A DNA stretch of 64,000 bases from Kofleriaceae bacterium (GCA_965215005.1 CBDCCZ010000039.1:32001-96000), one strand, 5' to 3'. Positions 36,710 through 46,650 are shown, numbered from the stretch's first letter. Numbers and translations are program-made. The notes: generated by a model from the sequence alone, not told the origin.

Positions 36710-38214
36710 CAGAGCTCCTTGCCGATCGATATCTTGAACTCCAGTCCCTCCGGCGAGCGGCCAAGGGTGACATCGAGGCCGCGTTTGGTCTCGTGAGCAC
36801 CGCGGAGGCCCACGCCATACGAGTAAAGAAACTCGTCAACGAGTCCACGGGGCGTGTCACCGATGCCGCCGACATCGACGAATACCAACGTTGAGAGGAT
36901 GACGTTGGTCGTCATGTATTCCCACACTTGATACTGATATTCGAGATTACCCCACCAACCCCAGTTGCCGCGAAATCGGTCTTTGGCGTAGCCGCGCAGA
37001 TGATTTTCGCGACCTAAGGTGACCAACTGGTGAAGCGGTACCTCTCCATCGCGGGTGAAGGGCTGCGCAACAGCACTGCCGAGACGGACGACGAGCGTGC
37101 GATGGCGCGGCAGGACCGCAATGTACCTGGCGTACGCGATGCTCGCGGTGAGCGCGTTGAGGTCGGCGCCACCGACGTCGGAAGTGATGCCTCCGGCGAG
37201 GCTGGCGAGGGCACCACGGGATGGGGTGCCGACGACATCGCGACTGTCATATAGCGCCACCAATTGCAGCTGCGGATAGTTATGGGTGTCGCCAAATCCG
37301 GGCGGGACGCCAGCGACGTCACCCACCATGAAACCGGGGATGTTTCGGTCGGTGCCGGTGGTGAGCGTTTGCCGACGGAAGCCGAGCTCGACCGAGCCAA
37401 ATACGTCTTCGACACCGAGTCCAGTGAGATCTAGAGCCGCGACGGCCAACAGAGACTCGCTGCGCAGCACTCGGCGGTCGTCGAACTCGGTGTCCGCTCC
37501 GATGCCAAACCAACGCTGGTTGCCATCGAGCTCCCACTCGGCCTCGGCCGCAAGCTGCCGACCCTCGAGGCGCGGATACGTGTCTTGATAGCGCCCGCGC
37601 AGCTCGTAGTCGCCGTCGAAGCGATACAGCCCGCTGATGTCGACGACGTTGTCTTGGCCAAATAGCGAGTTCAACGACAGGGTCGCGCCGAGCCCGAGAC
37701 CGTCGCCAAGGCCGAGCTTGAGGCGAGGCGACAGCTCGATCTTGCCGCCGTAGAACTCGGTCAAGTCTTTGTAGCGCTTGTCGAGGCGATAGCGCTCGGT
37801 GGTGATAACGAGCAGTCCGATGGGCGAAAACGCCACCTCGATCAATCGCTCGGGGAGCGCCAGGAGGTGCCAGACGAGCTCAAACGGCGGCCGCGGCTCA
37901 TGCCACACATTCGTGGTGAGCTCAGCAGGCGGTGTATCGGGTCGCGTCCGCGGCGCCGGCTGCTCGAGCCAGCGCGGGTCGGAGACATCGGCTCCCGTGG
38001 TCGGCGCAGGTGGCGCGGCATCGCGCGGGGACGGCGGGCTTGCGGCGGGCGGGTTGGCCGTGGCAGGAGCCTGTGCGTCAGAATCGACGGCAGCCGGCGG
38101 CGCCTGCTCCGGCGGCGCCTGCTCCGGCGATTGCGCGACGACCTGTGGCGCGACGCCAAAAATGAATACGCCCAAGGCGGCCGCAACCCGCGCCTTACCG
38201 ACCGATGATGGCAT
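36709..38214 (-). CDS. Omp85 (BamA/TamA) family outer-membrane beta-barrel without recognisable POTRA domains
   Basis: Signal peptide, Pro-rich linker, amphipathic beta-strands, YDSRD...PSRG, loop-6 motif LRGYAKDRFRG, FVDVGG and YSYGVGLR. Confidence 0.85.
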   Translation of the reverse strand: MPSSVGKARVAAALGVFIFGVAPQVVAQSPEQAPPEQAPPAAVDSDAQAPATANPPAASPPSPRDAAPPAPTTGADVSDPRWLEQPAPRTRPDTPPAELTTNVWHEPRPPFELVWHLLALPERLIEVAFSPIGLLVITTERYRLDKRYKDLTEFYGGKIELSPRLKLGLGDGLGLGATLSLNSLFGQDNVVDISGLYRFDGDYELRGRYQDTYPRLEGRQLAAEAEWELDGNQRWFGIGADTEFDDRRVLRSESLLAVAALDLTGLGVEDVFGSVELGFRRQTLTTGTDRNIPGFMVGDVAGVPPGFGDTHNYPQLQLVALYDSRDVVGTPSRGALASLAGGITSDVGGADLNALTASIAYARYIAVLPRHRTLVVRLGSAVAQPFTRDGEVPLHQLVTLGRENHLRGYAKDRFRGNWGWWGNLEYQYQVWEYMTTNVILSTLVFVDVGGIGDTPRGLVDEFLYSYGVGLRGAHETKRGLDVTLGRSPEGLEFKISIGKEL

Positions 38215-38217
38215 CGC

Positions 38218-39372
38218 TCACTCCGGTCGCGGCGGGTTTGGCTCGATGACCGTGGTATCGAAGACGTCGCCGTCGAGGTTCACTGCACGCAGCGTCATGC
38301 GCTTGTCAGCGACATCCACCAGCACGTAATGCGGCTCCGTGCGCGCCTGCGCGGTGAACGCTCTCGGCGTGACAGGGCGAATCGGCGCCCCCGCCGATCC
38401 GCTCACGATATACGTGGTGCCGTCTAGCGGCTTGGTGCGCTCGTAATCGTGATCGTGCCCGGTGAGCACCAGCTCGACGCCATGCTTCTTGGCCAAGCCG
38501 GCAATCGGCCGTTGCACTTGCTCATTCGACCCGTGCCACCCCGATGAGTAGGGTGGATGGTGCAGCATCATCACGATGAACATGTCCTTTTTAGCGGCCT
38601 CGCGCAGGACCCGATCGATGTAGCCGAACTGGGCGCAACCGTCGCGGCACTCGATTCCACTATCGACGGCAACGAAACGCACGTTGCCCCAGTCGTGATA
38701 GAAGTACCGGCGGCCGTTGGTCCAGCGATCGAGCAGCCAATAATGGCCGAAGTAGTCGCGGGCTCCCATGTCGTGGTTGCCGATGGCGGGGATGATCGGG
38801 GTCTTGACCAGCAGCGGTCGCTCGATCTGAAAAAAGCGATCCCACTGCGCTTTGATCCCGCCGCGCTCGACCATGTCACCGGTGTTGATCACCACGTCGA
38901 GCTCCTCGCGCGCCATTGCCTCGATGAGATCGCGATGAACGCGGTGACCATTGCGAGTGTCGCCAAATGCTGCGAAGCGCAGCGGCTGACCCGCGGCCAC
39001 ACCGAGTCGAAAGGTGTACGCTTGCGTGGCCCCCTTCTGCGAGACCACCCGATAGCGGATCTTGGCGTGCGGTGGCACGTCGGTGAGCTTGGCTATCCAC
39101 AAATCGCCATCGGGCTCGGCCTCGACCTCGACCGCCGTCGACGGGTCGGCGTCGGCAAGCCACCACTCCACGCGGGGCGCGCTAATCAGCGACGCTTTGA
39201 GCGCGACATAGGCGGTGGTCTCATCGCCTACTAGAATGTATGGACCGGTGGTGAACAGTGCCGGCTCGGGCTCACTCCAGCCGGCGCGCTCCTGCGGAGG
39301 AACGCCGCACCCCGCGGCAAACAATGCGAGCCCAGCGCAAACGGCAAACCATGAACCAGTGCGATACTGCAT
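38218..39372 (-). CDS. Purple-acid-phosphatase-like metallophosphoesterase lipoprotein (start may be 39414)
   Basis: Lipobox FAAGC; N-terminal FN3-like part; calcineurin-like motifs FGD, TGDMV, GNHD, HHPPYS and GHDHDYER. Confidence 0.9.
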   Translation of the reverse strand: MQYRTGSWFAVCAGLALFAAGCGVPPQERAGWSEPEPALFTTGPYILVGDETTAYVALKASLISAPRVEWWLADADPSTAVEVEAEPDGDLWIAKLTDVPPHAKIRYRVVSQKGATQAYTFRLGVAAGQPLRFAAFGDTRNGHRVHRDLIEAMAREELDVVINTGDMVERGGIKAQWDRFFQIERPLLVKTPIIPAIGNHDMGARDYFGHYWLLDRWTNGRRYFYHDWGNVRFVAVDSGIECRDGCAQFGYIDRVLREAAKKDMFIVMMLHHPPYSSGWHGSNEQVQRPIAGLAKKHGVELVLTGHDHDYERTKPLDGTTYIVSGSAGAPIRPVTPRAFTAQARTEPHYVLVDVADKRMTLRAVNLDGDVFDTTVIEPNPPRPE

Positions 39373-39436
39373 GACGGGGGTCACGACCGCAGGCGCTGGC
39401 CGCGATATCCTCATCGGATAGACTGCCGCGACCAGC

Positions 39437-40474
39437 ATGCGGTTGCACGCGCTCACGGCAGGTTTTCTCACGCTGCTCGTCTCGATGAGCTGCGGGGCAC
39501 CGCAGCCGCGCGAGGCTCAACCTGCCGTTGACGGCACCTCGCCGCAGCGCGAGCCTGCCGGCTGCAAGGCCGGCGACGTCGCCGACTGCGTCAGCCGCGC
39601 ACGAGCGCAATGCGAAGCCAGTCGCGCAACCGTTTGGGAAGTTCACAGCGACGGCTTTCCCGATCTGGTCGTGGCACCGCCGCTGGTGCGCGCGCGCTAT
39701 CTCGGGTCCACGATCTATTCCGTCGACGGCCAGCACTGGCTGGCCTGCGTCGAGCAGTGCCCCGAGTCGTCATCGCCGCAGCCGAGCTGCTTTCCGCTGC
39801 ATGCACCGATCTCGATGATGCTGCGCTACGACGCCACCTGCCGCGTACAGGATCGCGCCGATGAGCCATGGCAGGAGCAGCTGGCTCGCCAGCTGGTCGT
39901 CGACTGCGGCGCCGCGCCGAGCTCGATTCGCTACGTGCCGGCGTACGAAGCGGTGGCGCGAGCGCTAGTCGAGACGGGGGTCATCGCCGCCGACTCACCG
40001 CTAGCTCGGCTCGGCGGCTTGCCGGTCGCAATGGTCTCCGAGGGCGCGCCAGTGTTCGAGGTAACCGAGGTGACTCCGGCGAGCTGCGATGCCTTCGCGT
40101 TGCCGCCAAGCGCCACTATCGTGTCCTCGCCGGCGGCCCATCGCGAGCTGGGGGAGCTGTATCCGCGGTTTCGCGCCCGCGCCGACGCGGCCGCCGCGGC
40201 GTTGACGGAAACCCGACTCGGCGAAGCGGAGGATGCGTTGCTCGCCCAAGCGAGCTCGGACCTAGCCGAGCGCTGCGCCGGCGCTGGCCTTGCAGCCAGC
40301 AGCGAGGCTGAGCTGCAACGATGTTTGCGCACCCAACCCGACATCCGCGGCTGGATCGCAAACCTGCTCGCCGACCGTCTTGCTCAGGCCCGGCGCGGCC
40401 TTTCGGACGAGCTGACCGAGCTGCGCCGGCGCGAGTACCTCGGGCCGCTATGCCGCCACTTCTCAACGCCGTAA
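39437..40474 (+). CDS. Cys-rich hypothetical lipoprotein
   Basis: Signal peptide ending VSMSC, several Cys, coding-like codon bias; no family recognised. Confidence 0.65.
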   Translation: MRLHALTAGFLTLLVSMSCGAPQPREAQPAVDGTSPQREPAGCKAGDVADCVSRARAQCEASRATVWEVHSDGFPDLVVAPPLVRARYLGSTIYSVDGQHWLACVEQCPESSSPQPSCFPLHAPISMMLRYDATCRVQDRADEPWQEQLARQLVVDCGAAPSSIRYVPAYEAVARALVETGVIAADSPLARLGGLPVAMVSEGAPVFEVTEVTPASCDAFALPPSATIVSSPAAHRELGELYPRFRARADAAAAALTETRLGEAEDALLAQASSDLAERCAGAGLAASSEAELQRCLRTQPDIRGWIANLLADRLAQARRGLSDELTELRRREYLGPLCRHFSTP

Positions 40475-40649
40475 CGCTGACGTGCTCGCGGCAAACAGGC
40501 CGAAATTCTGGCCCTAGCGACTCCTACTTCATCGCACAAAGGGCGCGCGCGGCGCTGGGGGTGGTGACCGCCGCCTGCAACCGAACGTATGCACACCAAA
40601 GCTAGCCATGCCGGGCCCGCCGCACCGAAATACTGCCGATCCAGAACTG

Positions 40650-40706
40650 TAAGTGACTGATTTAGAAGCCGGCAACTCGGTAGGCCAGCCTGGCTCTGCC
40701 CTTGCA
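40650..40706 (+). promoter_or_regulatory. Putative sigma-54 promoter (40691-40706) with an upstream IHF-like site (40650-40662)
   Basis: TGGCTC-TGCCC-TTGCA; upstream TAAGTGACTGATT has one mismatch to YAANNNNTTGATW. Confidence 0.6.
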
Positions 40707-40721
40707 CAATGGCGCCTCCGC

Positions 40722-42089
40722 ATGCCTGTACAGAACTCGTTCTCGTGGATGTATCGCGGCGCCCTCCTCGCGCTGGCCCTCACCTCCGCCTCGGGTTGCC
40801 TTCTCGGCGACACCGGCGCCTACGAGCCGATGGACGACAGCGTCGACGCCGGCATCGATGGAGATTCTCACGATCATCATGACGACCTGCTCGTGGATCC
40901 GAATGAGCCTGAGCCCGATGTGCTGTACGCGCCGTCGCTCACGGTGGACCAGGTGATGTGGAACTACTGCAGCACGGCGCCGGTGCGCGGACTGTCCGAG
41001 CAGATCGCCGAAGAAATCGAATGCCTTCGCCCCGGCACGATGGCCTCGCTCAGCGGCATTCCGGGCGTCTCGGTGAACTCCGGCACGTTGCCGTACCTGC
41101 AGCGCGAAGCAGCCGCGAGCCTCGGACGGGTTACGGCCGGTGGCGGCACGATCAGCATCAACTCGGGGCTGCGCAGCACCGCGCAGCAATACATTCTGTA
41201 TCGCTGGGATCAGCTCAATCGCTGTCGCCACGTCGTCATCACCGCGGCCCCTCCAGGCGGCTCGAATCACGAGTCGGGGTTGGCCATCGATGTCTCCGAT
41301 GCCTATAGCTGGCGCTCGCGGCTGGGGAGCCGCGGGTTTCGTTGGTTTGGCAGCGGCGACGCGGTGCATTTCGATTACGTCACCGGCGGCACCGACATTC
41401 GCCACTTGGCCGTGCAGGCGTTCCAGCGGTTGTGGAACCGCAACAACCCCGGTGACCGCATCTCCGAAGACGGCGACTACGGCGGCACCACCGAATCGCG
41501 CCTCAAGCGCGCACCGGCTGCGGGGTTCGCGCGCGGCCCGAGCTGCTCACCCATGCCATCGGCCAACGCCGCCGCCATGGAGGTCTTCTGGCAACGCGAG
41601 CGCGACGGCAGCTACGCGCTCCGGGCATTGGCGCCGCAGCAGGTGAACCGCGTCGAATACTATGTCGACGGCTATCCGGTTGGCGAAGCGACGCGCGGCG
41701 CGGAAAACAACTTCCCAACCAGCTATCGATTCACCTCCAATGGCAGCGAGCGGCGCTTCGAGGCGCGCGGCTTCGACGGCAGCGGCGAGCTCGTGGCCCG
41801 CGGCGTGGGTCTGATGGACGTGACCGACGGAGCTGCTATCTACATTCGCCAAATGGGCAAGCGGCTGTATGAGATCGGCATGGAAGGCGCGCCTGAAGCG
41901 ATCGCGGCGATCGAGGTCGATGCCGACCAATGGACCCTCACGGACAGCGTCACCGGCCAGGCGCGCTCCACGCGGAAGGCGGTTCGCTCGACGTTCACGA
42001 TGCTCGGCGAGCGGACGTTCAAGATCACCACGTTCAACGCCGACGGCTCGTCGCGCGGCTCGCTCTACCGAACGTTCACCCTCGAGTAA
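40722..42089 (+). CDS. M15-family Zn D,D-carboxypeptidase-like lipoprotein with a peptidoglycan-binding-like segment and C-terminal beta domains (start may be 40749)
   Basis: INSGLRSTAQQY, SNHESGLAIDV and DAVHFDY (M15 Zn ligands); AFQRLWN...EDGDYGGTT; lipobox SASGC. Confidence 0.85.
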   Translation: MPVQNSFSWMYRGALLALALTSASGCLLGDTGAYEPMDDSVDAGIDGDSHDHHDDLLVDPNEPEPDVLYAPSLTVDQVMWNYCSTAPVRGLSEQIAEEIECLRPGTMASLSGIPGVSVNSGTLPYLQREAAASLGRVTAGGGTISINSGLRSTAQQYILYRWDQLNRCRHVVITAAPPGGSNHESGLAIDVSDAYSWRSRLGSRGFRWFGSGDAVHFDYVTGGTDIRHLAVQAFQRLWNRNNPGDRISEDGDYGGTTESRLKRAPAAGFARGPSCSPMPSANAAAMEVFWQRERDGSYALRALAPQQVNRVEYYVDGYPVGEATRGAENNFPTSYRFTSNGSERRFEARGFDGSGELVARGVGLMDVTDGAAIYIRQMGKRLYEIGMEGAPEAIAAIEVDADQWTLTDSVTGQARSTRKAVRSTFTMLGERTFKITTFNADGSSRGSLYRTFTLE

Positions 42090-42105
42090 CGAGTCGGCCG
42101 AGGCA

Positions 42106-42199
42106 CCGAGTGGCGCGCGACGACAATCGTGAGCCACTCGGATTGCGCGATCGATGCAGAGACGAAGCGCCGGGAGGGGAGCCAACTCTGGCTCCCCTC
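42106..42199. terminator. Two GC-rich hairpins after the M15 peptidase gene (possible terminator/stabiliser)
   Basis: CCGAGTGGC...GCCACTCGG (42106-42141) and GAGGGGAGCCA-ACTC-TGGCTCCCCTC (42174-42199); no clear U-tract. Confidence 0.45.
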
Positions 42200-42355
42200 G
42201 CCGCGATTGGGTCGGCCAGGCTTCCGTCACGGATCGTTTAACGGCGGAGAAGAGGCTTGGACGCAGCGCAGCTCGCGGTATTCTCGCGGCCGCCGCGGAC
42301 ACTCCCACGGCAGCTCGTTTCGAACATCTTGGGCGCTCGCGCGTTGAACTCATCT

Positions 42356-43306
42356 ATGACTCGTCTCTTATCGCTTTTGTTTGCGTGTGCGCTCGGCGCC
42401 GCGCCTGCGTGCATCATCGTCCCCGATAGCGACACGCCGGCGTCGCGTCCGCCTCCGCAGCCGCAGCCTGCTCCGCAGCCGCAGCCAACGCCGCAGCCGC
42501 AGCCGCAGCCGCAGCCGCAGCCAGCTCCATCGCCGCAGCCGGCTCCGCAGCAGCCGCCCCCGAGCGCGCGGTGCCAGCTCAGCGGCGCGCCGCTGTATCG
42601 CGCCTCCACCGCTCGTGGCGGCGCGGCAAGCCGCAACATCATCATCTATGAAAGCGGCGGCTGGCAGATCGATACCCCCGAGCTACGCGCCGCCGGTTGC
42701 CTCGATGACAGCGCTACCCAGGCCATCGCCGCCGCGGCCGCCGCCGCCGACTTCACACCACCGCCGCCGCCGCGGATGCAGTGCCGCGCCGTTCCAATCT
42801 TCGAGACCCGCGTCGAATCGGCTGGAAAGCTGGCTCGCTTCACCCATCCCTGCGGCACGCCCGTGAGCGCCGGCGTCGTCGAGCTGCAGCGGTTGGTCGA
42901 CCAGACGCTAGAGGCGCCGTCGCTGCCCGCGCCGGCTCCGCAGGCGAGCTGCACGGCGGATGGGCCGCTCCTGGTCGAGCATCGGGTCTTGCCGATGCCG
43001 CGTGGCAGCCGCGACTTGCGTCTGCAGCTCCGCATCACCGGCGCCTGGCAGCGCCTCGATGACAAGCGCCAGACCGCGAGTGGCTGTCTATCGAGCGAGC
43101 AGCTGGCGCGTTTGCAAGCCGCCGTTGCCGCTGCCGATTTGCGTCCGCCACCACGCGCCGAAATCACCTGCATGGCGCTGCCGAATCAACACGACATCCT
43201 GACCACCGCCAAAGGCAGCATCGGCTTCGATAGCCCGTGCGGCAAGCAAGCGCCCAGCGACTCGGCGCGGCTCCTCATCGAGCTGGCGCGCGAGCTCGCC
43301 AAGTAG
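42356..43306 (+). CDS. Lipoprotein with a Pro/Gln linker and two tandem copies of a 4-Cys domain
   Basis: Signal ending AAPAC; PQ linker; duplicated pattern C..G.PL / G.WQ / A.GCL / AAAD..PPP / C.A.P / F..PCG. Confidence 0.75.
   Translation: MTRLLSLLFACALGAAPACIIVPDSDTPASRPPPQPQPAPQPQPTPQPQPQPQPQPAPSPQPAPQQPPPSARCQLSGAPLYRASTARGGAASRNIIIYESGGWQIDTPELRAAGCLDDSATQAIAAAAAAADFTPPPPPRMQCRAVPIFETRVESAGKLARFTHPCGTPVSAGVVELQRLVDQTLEAPSLPAPAPQASCTADGPLLVEHRVLPMPRGSRDLRLQLRITGAWQRLDDKRQTASGCLSSEQLARLQAAVAAADLRPPPRAEITCMALPNQHDILTTAKGSIGFDSPCGKQAPSDSARLLIELARELAK
42449..42562 (+). repeat. CCGCAG (Pro-Gln) microsatellite, with 5 perfect copies at 42491-42520
   Basis: Directly visible in the sequence. 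Confidence 0.9.
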
Positions 43307-43334
43307 AAGCGCTCGCCTCTACCCCACCTCTGCG

Positions 43335-44741
43335 TTACATCTGCGCGGCGCGGATGACCCCCGTGAGCTCGGTACCCCGATAGAACTCGCTCACGCGCCG
43401 CATATCGCCGCGAGCGACGGCGTAGGCGATCGCTGCCGAAGCGGCCATCGCCGTCTGCTCGCTGGGCATCGCCGCCGCCTCGCCGGTGCGCGGATCCCAC
43501 GCACTGGCGTTGCCGGCGCGATCGATCCCGCCAAACCAACCGGTCTTTAAATGCCCGTTGCCGAGCACGTACACCCAATTGCTGTTGCCGGGGGTGCCAT
43601 CAGGCCAACCGTTGCGATTGAGCGGCGTCTTGGGGGTGTCGCCGTGAATCGAGATGACCACGCTATCGGCCAGCGTCTGACCTGCGCAGCTGGCGTCTTC
43701 TAGTGTCATCAAGTCGTCGTAGAACGCTTGCAAGATCTGCCCTATCCCCAGCGTCGTGCTGCGCAAGTTGTTCATGTCGTTGAACGCACCGTGCGGATCA
43801 TCGCGAAGCACCGGCACCATCACCGAGCTGGTGAGGCCCATGGCAAAGGCTTTTGCGGTGATGATCAGCGCCGTGGCCATCTCGCTGAGCTTGGTTTGCG
43901 TCGCCGGGCCGATGCCATACCGAGCGCGGTCGGCGTCGTTGACCTGCAATGCACTGGCGAGGTTGGTGCCGAGCAAGCTCGACGCCGTCTTGCCCGTTGC
44001 GAAGGGCCGCAAGGTAGTGGGCATGCCAGCAGCCGCATTGAGCGACAACAGCGCCTTGTAGCTCGCATCGTAGAGCTCGGCGTCGGCGCGCTGCTCGAGA
44101 ACCCCACCGGCGCGCGACGCGGCGCTGTTGAACAGCGAAACGATTTGCTCGGCAGCACCCACGCGGGAGACGCGCGGAGCTCCCGGCGCTGCACCAAACG
44201 GCGCATTGTCGATGGCGATCGCCGGCACCAAGGTGGGATTGGTGGTCTGCATCGCGGCACACGCCGCAAACAGCGACGTACCGGCGCCGATGGTCGAGCT
44301 CGTCGAAGGAGTTTGCGTGTGGGTCTCGTTGGAGCCCGACATCAAAGCGGTCACTTGCTTGCGGCCATCAAGGCCGCGCCACGGCGCTTCGGGACCCAAC
44401 GTGAGCGGCCGATCGGTCCCCGGCGCCAGCGTCTCCTCGCCGATGGCATGCCATGCAAACCCCGCATTTCGCGCCGCGGCGACGTCATTGTGCGGCCACA
44501 GCAGCTGAAACCACGCCAAGCCGCCGTTGCCGCCGATCAGGTGCACCGAGCGGTTGGTTGGATGACACGCGGCTTCATCGGCCAACGCCACGCCGCCGGC
44601 ACCGCCGAGGAGCTCGTAGACCTTCCAGCGGGGGATCGCCAGCGCCGCGCCCGCCGCGACGCTCCACTTGATGAGGCTCCGACGCGACAGCTGGCGGCGT
44701 TCTTCGCGCTCGCGGCGCTTGTTACTTCCAAAGAGTCCCAT
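43335..44741 (-). CDS. Tat-exported DUF1501-like protein
   Basis: Twin-arginine signal LSRRSLIKW plus a hydrophobic stretch; HLIGGNGG, DDPHG and LADSVVISIHGDTPKTP resemble DUF1501 motifs. Confidence 0.6.
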   Translation of the reverse strand: MGLFGSNKRREREERRQLSRRSLIKWSVAAGAALAIPRWKVYELLGGAGGVALADEAACHPTNRSVHLIGGNGGLAWFQLLWPHNDVAAARNAGFAWHAIGEETLAPGTDRPLTLGPEAPWRGLDGRKQVTALMSGSNETHTQTPSTSSTIGAGTSLFAACAAMQTTNPTLVPAIAIDNAPFGAAPGAPRVSRVGAAEQIVSLFNSAASRAGGVLEQRADAELYDASYKALLSLNAAAGMPTTLRPFATGKTASSLLGTNLASALQVNDADRARYGIGPATQTKLSEMATALIITAKAFAMGLTSSVMVPVLRDDPHGAFNDMNNLRSTTLGIGQILQAFYDDLMTLEDASCAGQTLADSVVISIHGDTPKTPLNRNGWPDGTPGNSNWVYVLGNGHLKTGWFGGIDRAGNASAWDPRTGEAAAMPSEQTAMAASAAIAYAVARGDMRRVSEFYRGTELTGVIRAAQM

Positions 44742-44755
44742 GGCACTTGTCCTCG

Positions 44756-45445
44756 CTATTCACAGGTGTGAGCGGCCGCCAGCAGCGCTGCGACGGCCAT
44801 GTGCTTGCCCTTTTCGACAGAGCTGCCGCGGGTCACCATCTGATTGCAGACCTCGAGATGGCCCGCGGTGGCCGGCACGCCGACCAGGCACGTGATGCCA
44901 TCGACGGAGCACTGATTCGAGTCGTTGAATAGCCGCGCCCCCACGCCACCAACTTGGCATTCCGGTCGATTGGGCAGCTGCGCGATGATCTCAGGCGCAG
45001 CCTGCACGAAGATGTCGAACAGCTTCGAAGCACTGGCCGTGGTGAGCTCGAGGTTCTCGCGCGACCGCGCCGCATAGCTAGCGGCGCCAAGCGCTTGGTC
45101 ACTGGTTCGCCACAGCTGCCCAGCGGCGAGCTCACCGGCGGCCGCCAGGTCCACACCGCGCGACGCCAGCAGTCGGCCGATGGTCGCGTAACGCATTTTT
45201 GGGCACGAATGAATTCGCGCGGTGAAGCTCGGCGGCCCCTCTTCTTGCAACCGATCGAGCAGCTCCCACACATCCGGCATCGAGTCGGGATGATCGTACG
45301 TATTGTCCTGCCCACCGCTCGCGGCACCACTGGGGGTGTCTGCGGCAGCGCCCGAGTCATCGGCATCGGGGTCATCAATCTCACCGGCACATCCGATTAC
45401 CAGCGTAAAGAGCACCGCCCACAGCACCAAACCGAGCTTGTTCAT
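44756..45445 (-). CDS. Cys-rich hypothetical lipoprotein
   Basis: AGGAGG then ATG 45445; lipobox LVIGC; six further Cys, ending HTCE. Confidence 0.75.
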   Translation of the reverse strand: MNKLGLVLWAVLFTLVIGCAGEIDDPDADDSGAAADTPSGAASGGQDNTYDHPDSMPDVWELLDRLQEEGPPSFTARIHSCPKMRYATIGRLLASRGVDLAAAGELAAGQLWRTSDQALGAASYAARSRENLELTTASASKLFDIFVQAAPEIIAQLPNRPECQVGGVGARLFNDSNQCSVDGITCLVGVPATAGHLEVCNQMVTRGSSVEKGKHMAVAALLAAAHTCE

Positions 45446-45477
45446 CGTTGCCTCCTGGACGCGCGCTGAGCTCATTT

Positions 45478-46650
45478 CTAAAACCTCACGAAGTCGTCGC
45501 TGGTGAAGATGGCGAGCAGCGCATCTCGCAGCTGATAGTTGTTCGACTCGAAAGCGCTCACGTGCTGCGCGATCACCTCGGAGGGAACCACCGCGAGCGA
45601 ATCGACGATGTCGGCTTTGCCCAGCGCCCAGTTCCACACCCGCGCGATAAGGCACTCGTGCACCGCCGGATCCGCGGCCATTGCCGCACCCAAGCTCGGC
45701 AGGTCTAAGGCCGGCACCCCGAGTCGCCACGCCGTCGCTTCTCCCGCTGGCAGCCAATCCGTGGGTGCCGTGCGCGGGCTGCCTTCGGTTGGGTTGCTCA
45801 CCGCGATGTCCGCCGTCCACGCGCCGCTCTCGTCAAAGGTGCCAAACAGCGGCGCCAGATGATTCATGCTCGAGTGGCAGTTGGCGCACACCACCGATGA
45901 GGTGTCGAGGAAGTCGACGGTGCCGCCGTTGGCGGTCCCAGCGATGCTCTCGAGCGGCCATGGAGAGGTGTACGCAGCGCCTCCGCCGACCTCGGTTGAC
46001 TCGCTCACCTCGGCAGGAAACGCGCCGCAGGCGAACGTCTCCTGCACCCAACGCACCCGCCGAAACGCCATGTTCGAGAAGAAGTGCGCTTGCACACCGG
46101 GATTGCTGAGCACCCCCGCGTGCGCCGGCACTCCATTGCCGCAGTCGCCGGCGGCGAAGCTGCCCGTGGCGGGATCGAAGCTTGGACAGGTGCCGACGGT
46201 GGCGGTGAACAGCTCGGTCATCGGCCGGTTCTCCACCACCAGCTGCGCAGCAAACGCCGGAGCGCTGTCGAGCAGCGGCGAGCCGCCCATCTTGAACGTG
46301 TCGCGCCAGAAGTCGAGCATCTGGCCCGCGAACCGCGGATCTTGCAAATACTGCGCAATCAAAGCCTCGTAGGCGGCCTTTTGGTCGACCGCGTCGGCGA
46401 CGAACTTGATTTCCGCCAGGGTCGGCAGCTGCCCGGTCAGTCGCAGCGCCGCGATGCGCAGCGCGGCGCTGTAATCGACCGTGCGCATCGCTAGCAGCGC
46501 CGTCCACTCGTCGGTGGTGGTCGACGGGTCATCCGGTTGCGAGTCATCGACGTCGGCCAAACCGCTGTCGTCGGCGTCGCCACCGCAGCCGGGTGCCATC
46601 GCCATCCACAGGCACGCGCCGACTCCAAGCCAGGTGCCAAAGCGTTTCAT
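45478..46650 (-). CDS. Monoheme lipoprotein resembling planctomycete-cytochrome-associated (DUF1549/DUF1588-like) proteins
   Basis: AAGGAG then ATG 46650; lipobox APGC; LRIAALRLTGQLPT, HAGVLS...RRVRWVQETFAC, CANCH, IFTSDDF. Confidence 0.7.
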   Translation of the reverse strand: MKRFGTWLGVGACLWMAMAPGCGGDADDSGLADVDDSQPDDPSTTTDEWTALLAMRTVDYSAALRIAALRLTGQLPTLAEIKFVADAVDQKAAYEALIAQYLQDPRFAGQMLDFWRDTFKMGGSPLLDSAPAFAAQLVVENRPMTELFTATVGTCPSFDPATGSFAAGDCGNGVPAHAGVLSNPGVQAHFFSNMAFRRVRWVQETFACGAFPAEVSESTEVGGGAAYTSPWPLESIAGTANGGTVDFLDTSSVVCANCHSSMNHLAPLFGTFDESGAWTADIAVSNPTEGSPRTAPTDWLPAGEATAWRLGVPALDLPSLGAAMAADPAVHECLIARVWNWALGKADIVDSLAVVPSEVIAQHVSAFESNNYQLRDALLAIFTSDDFVRF

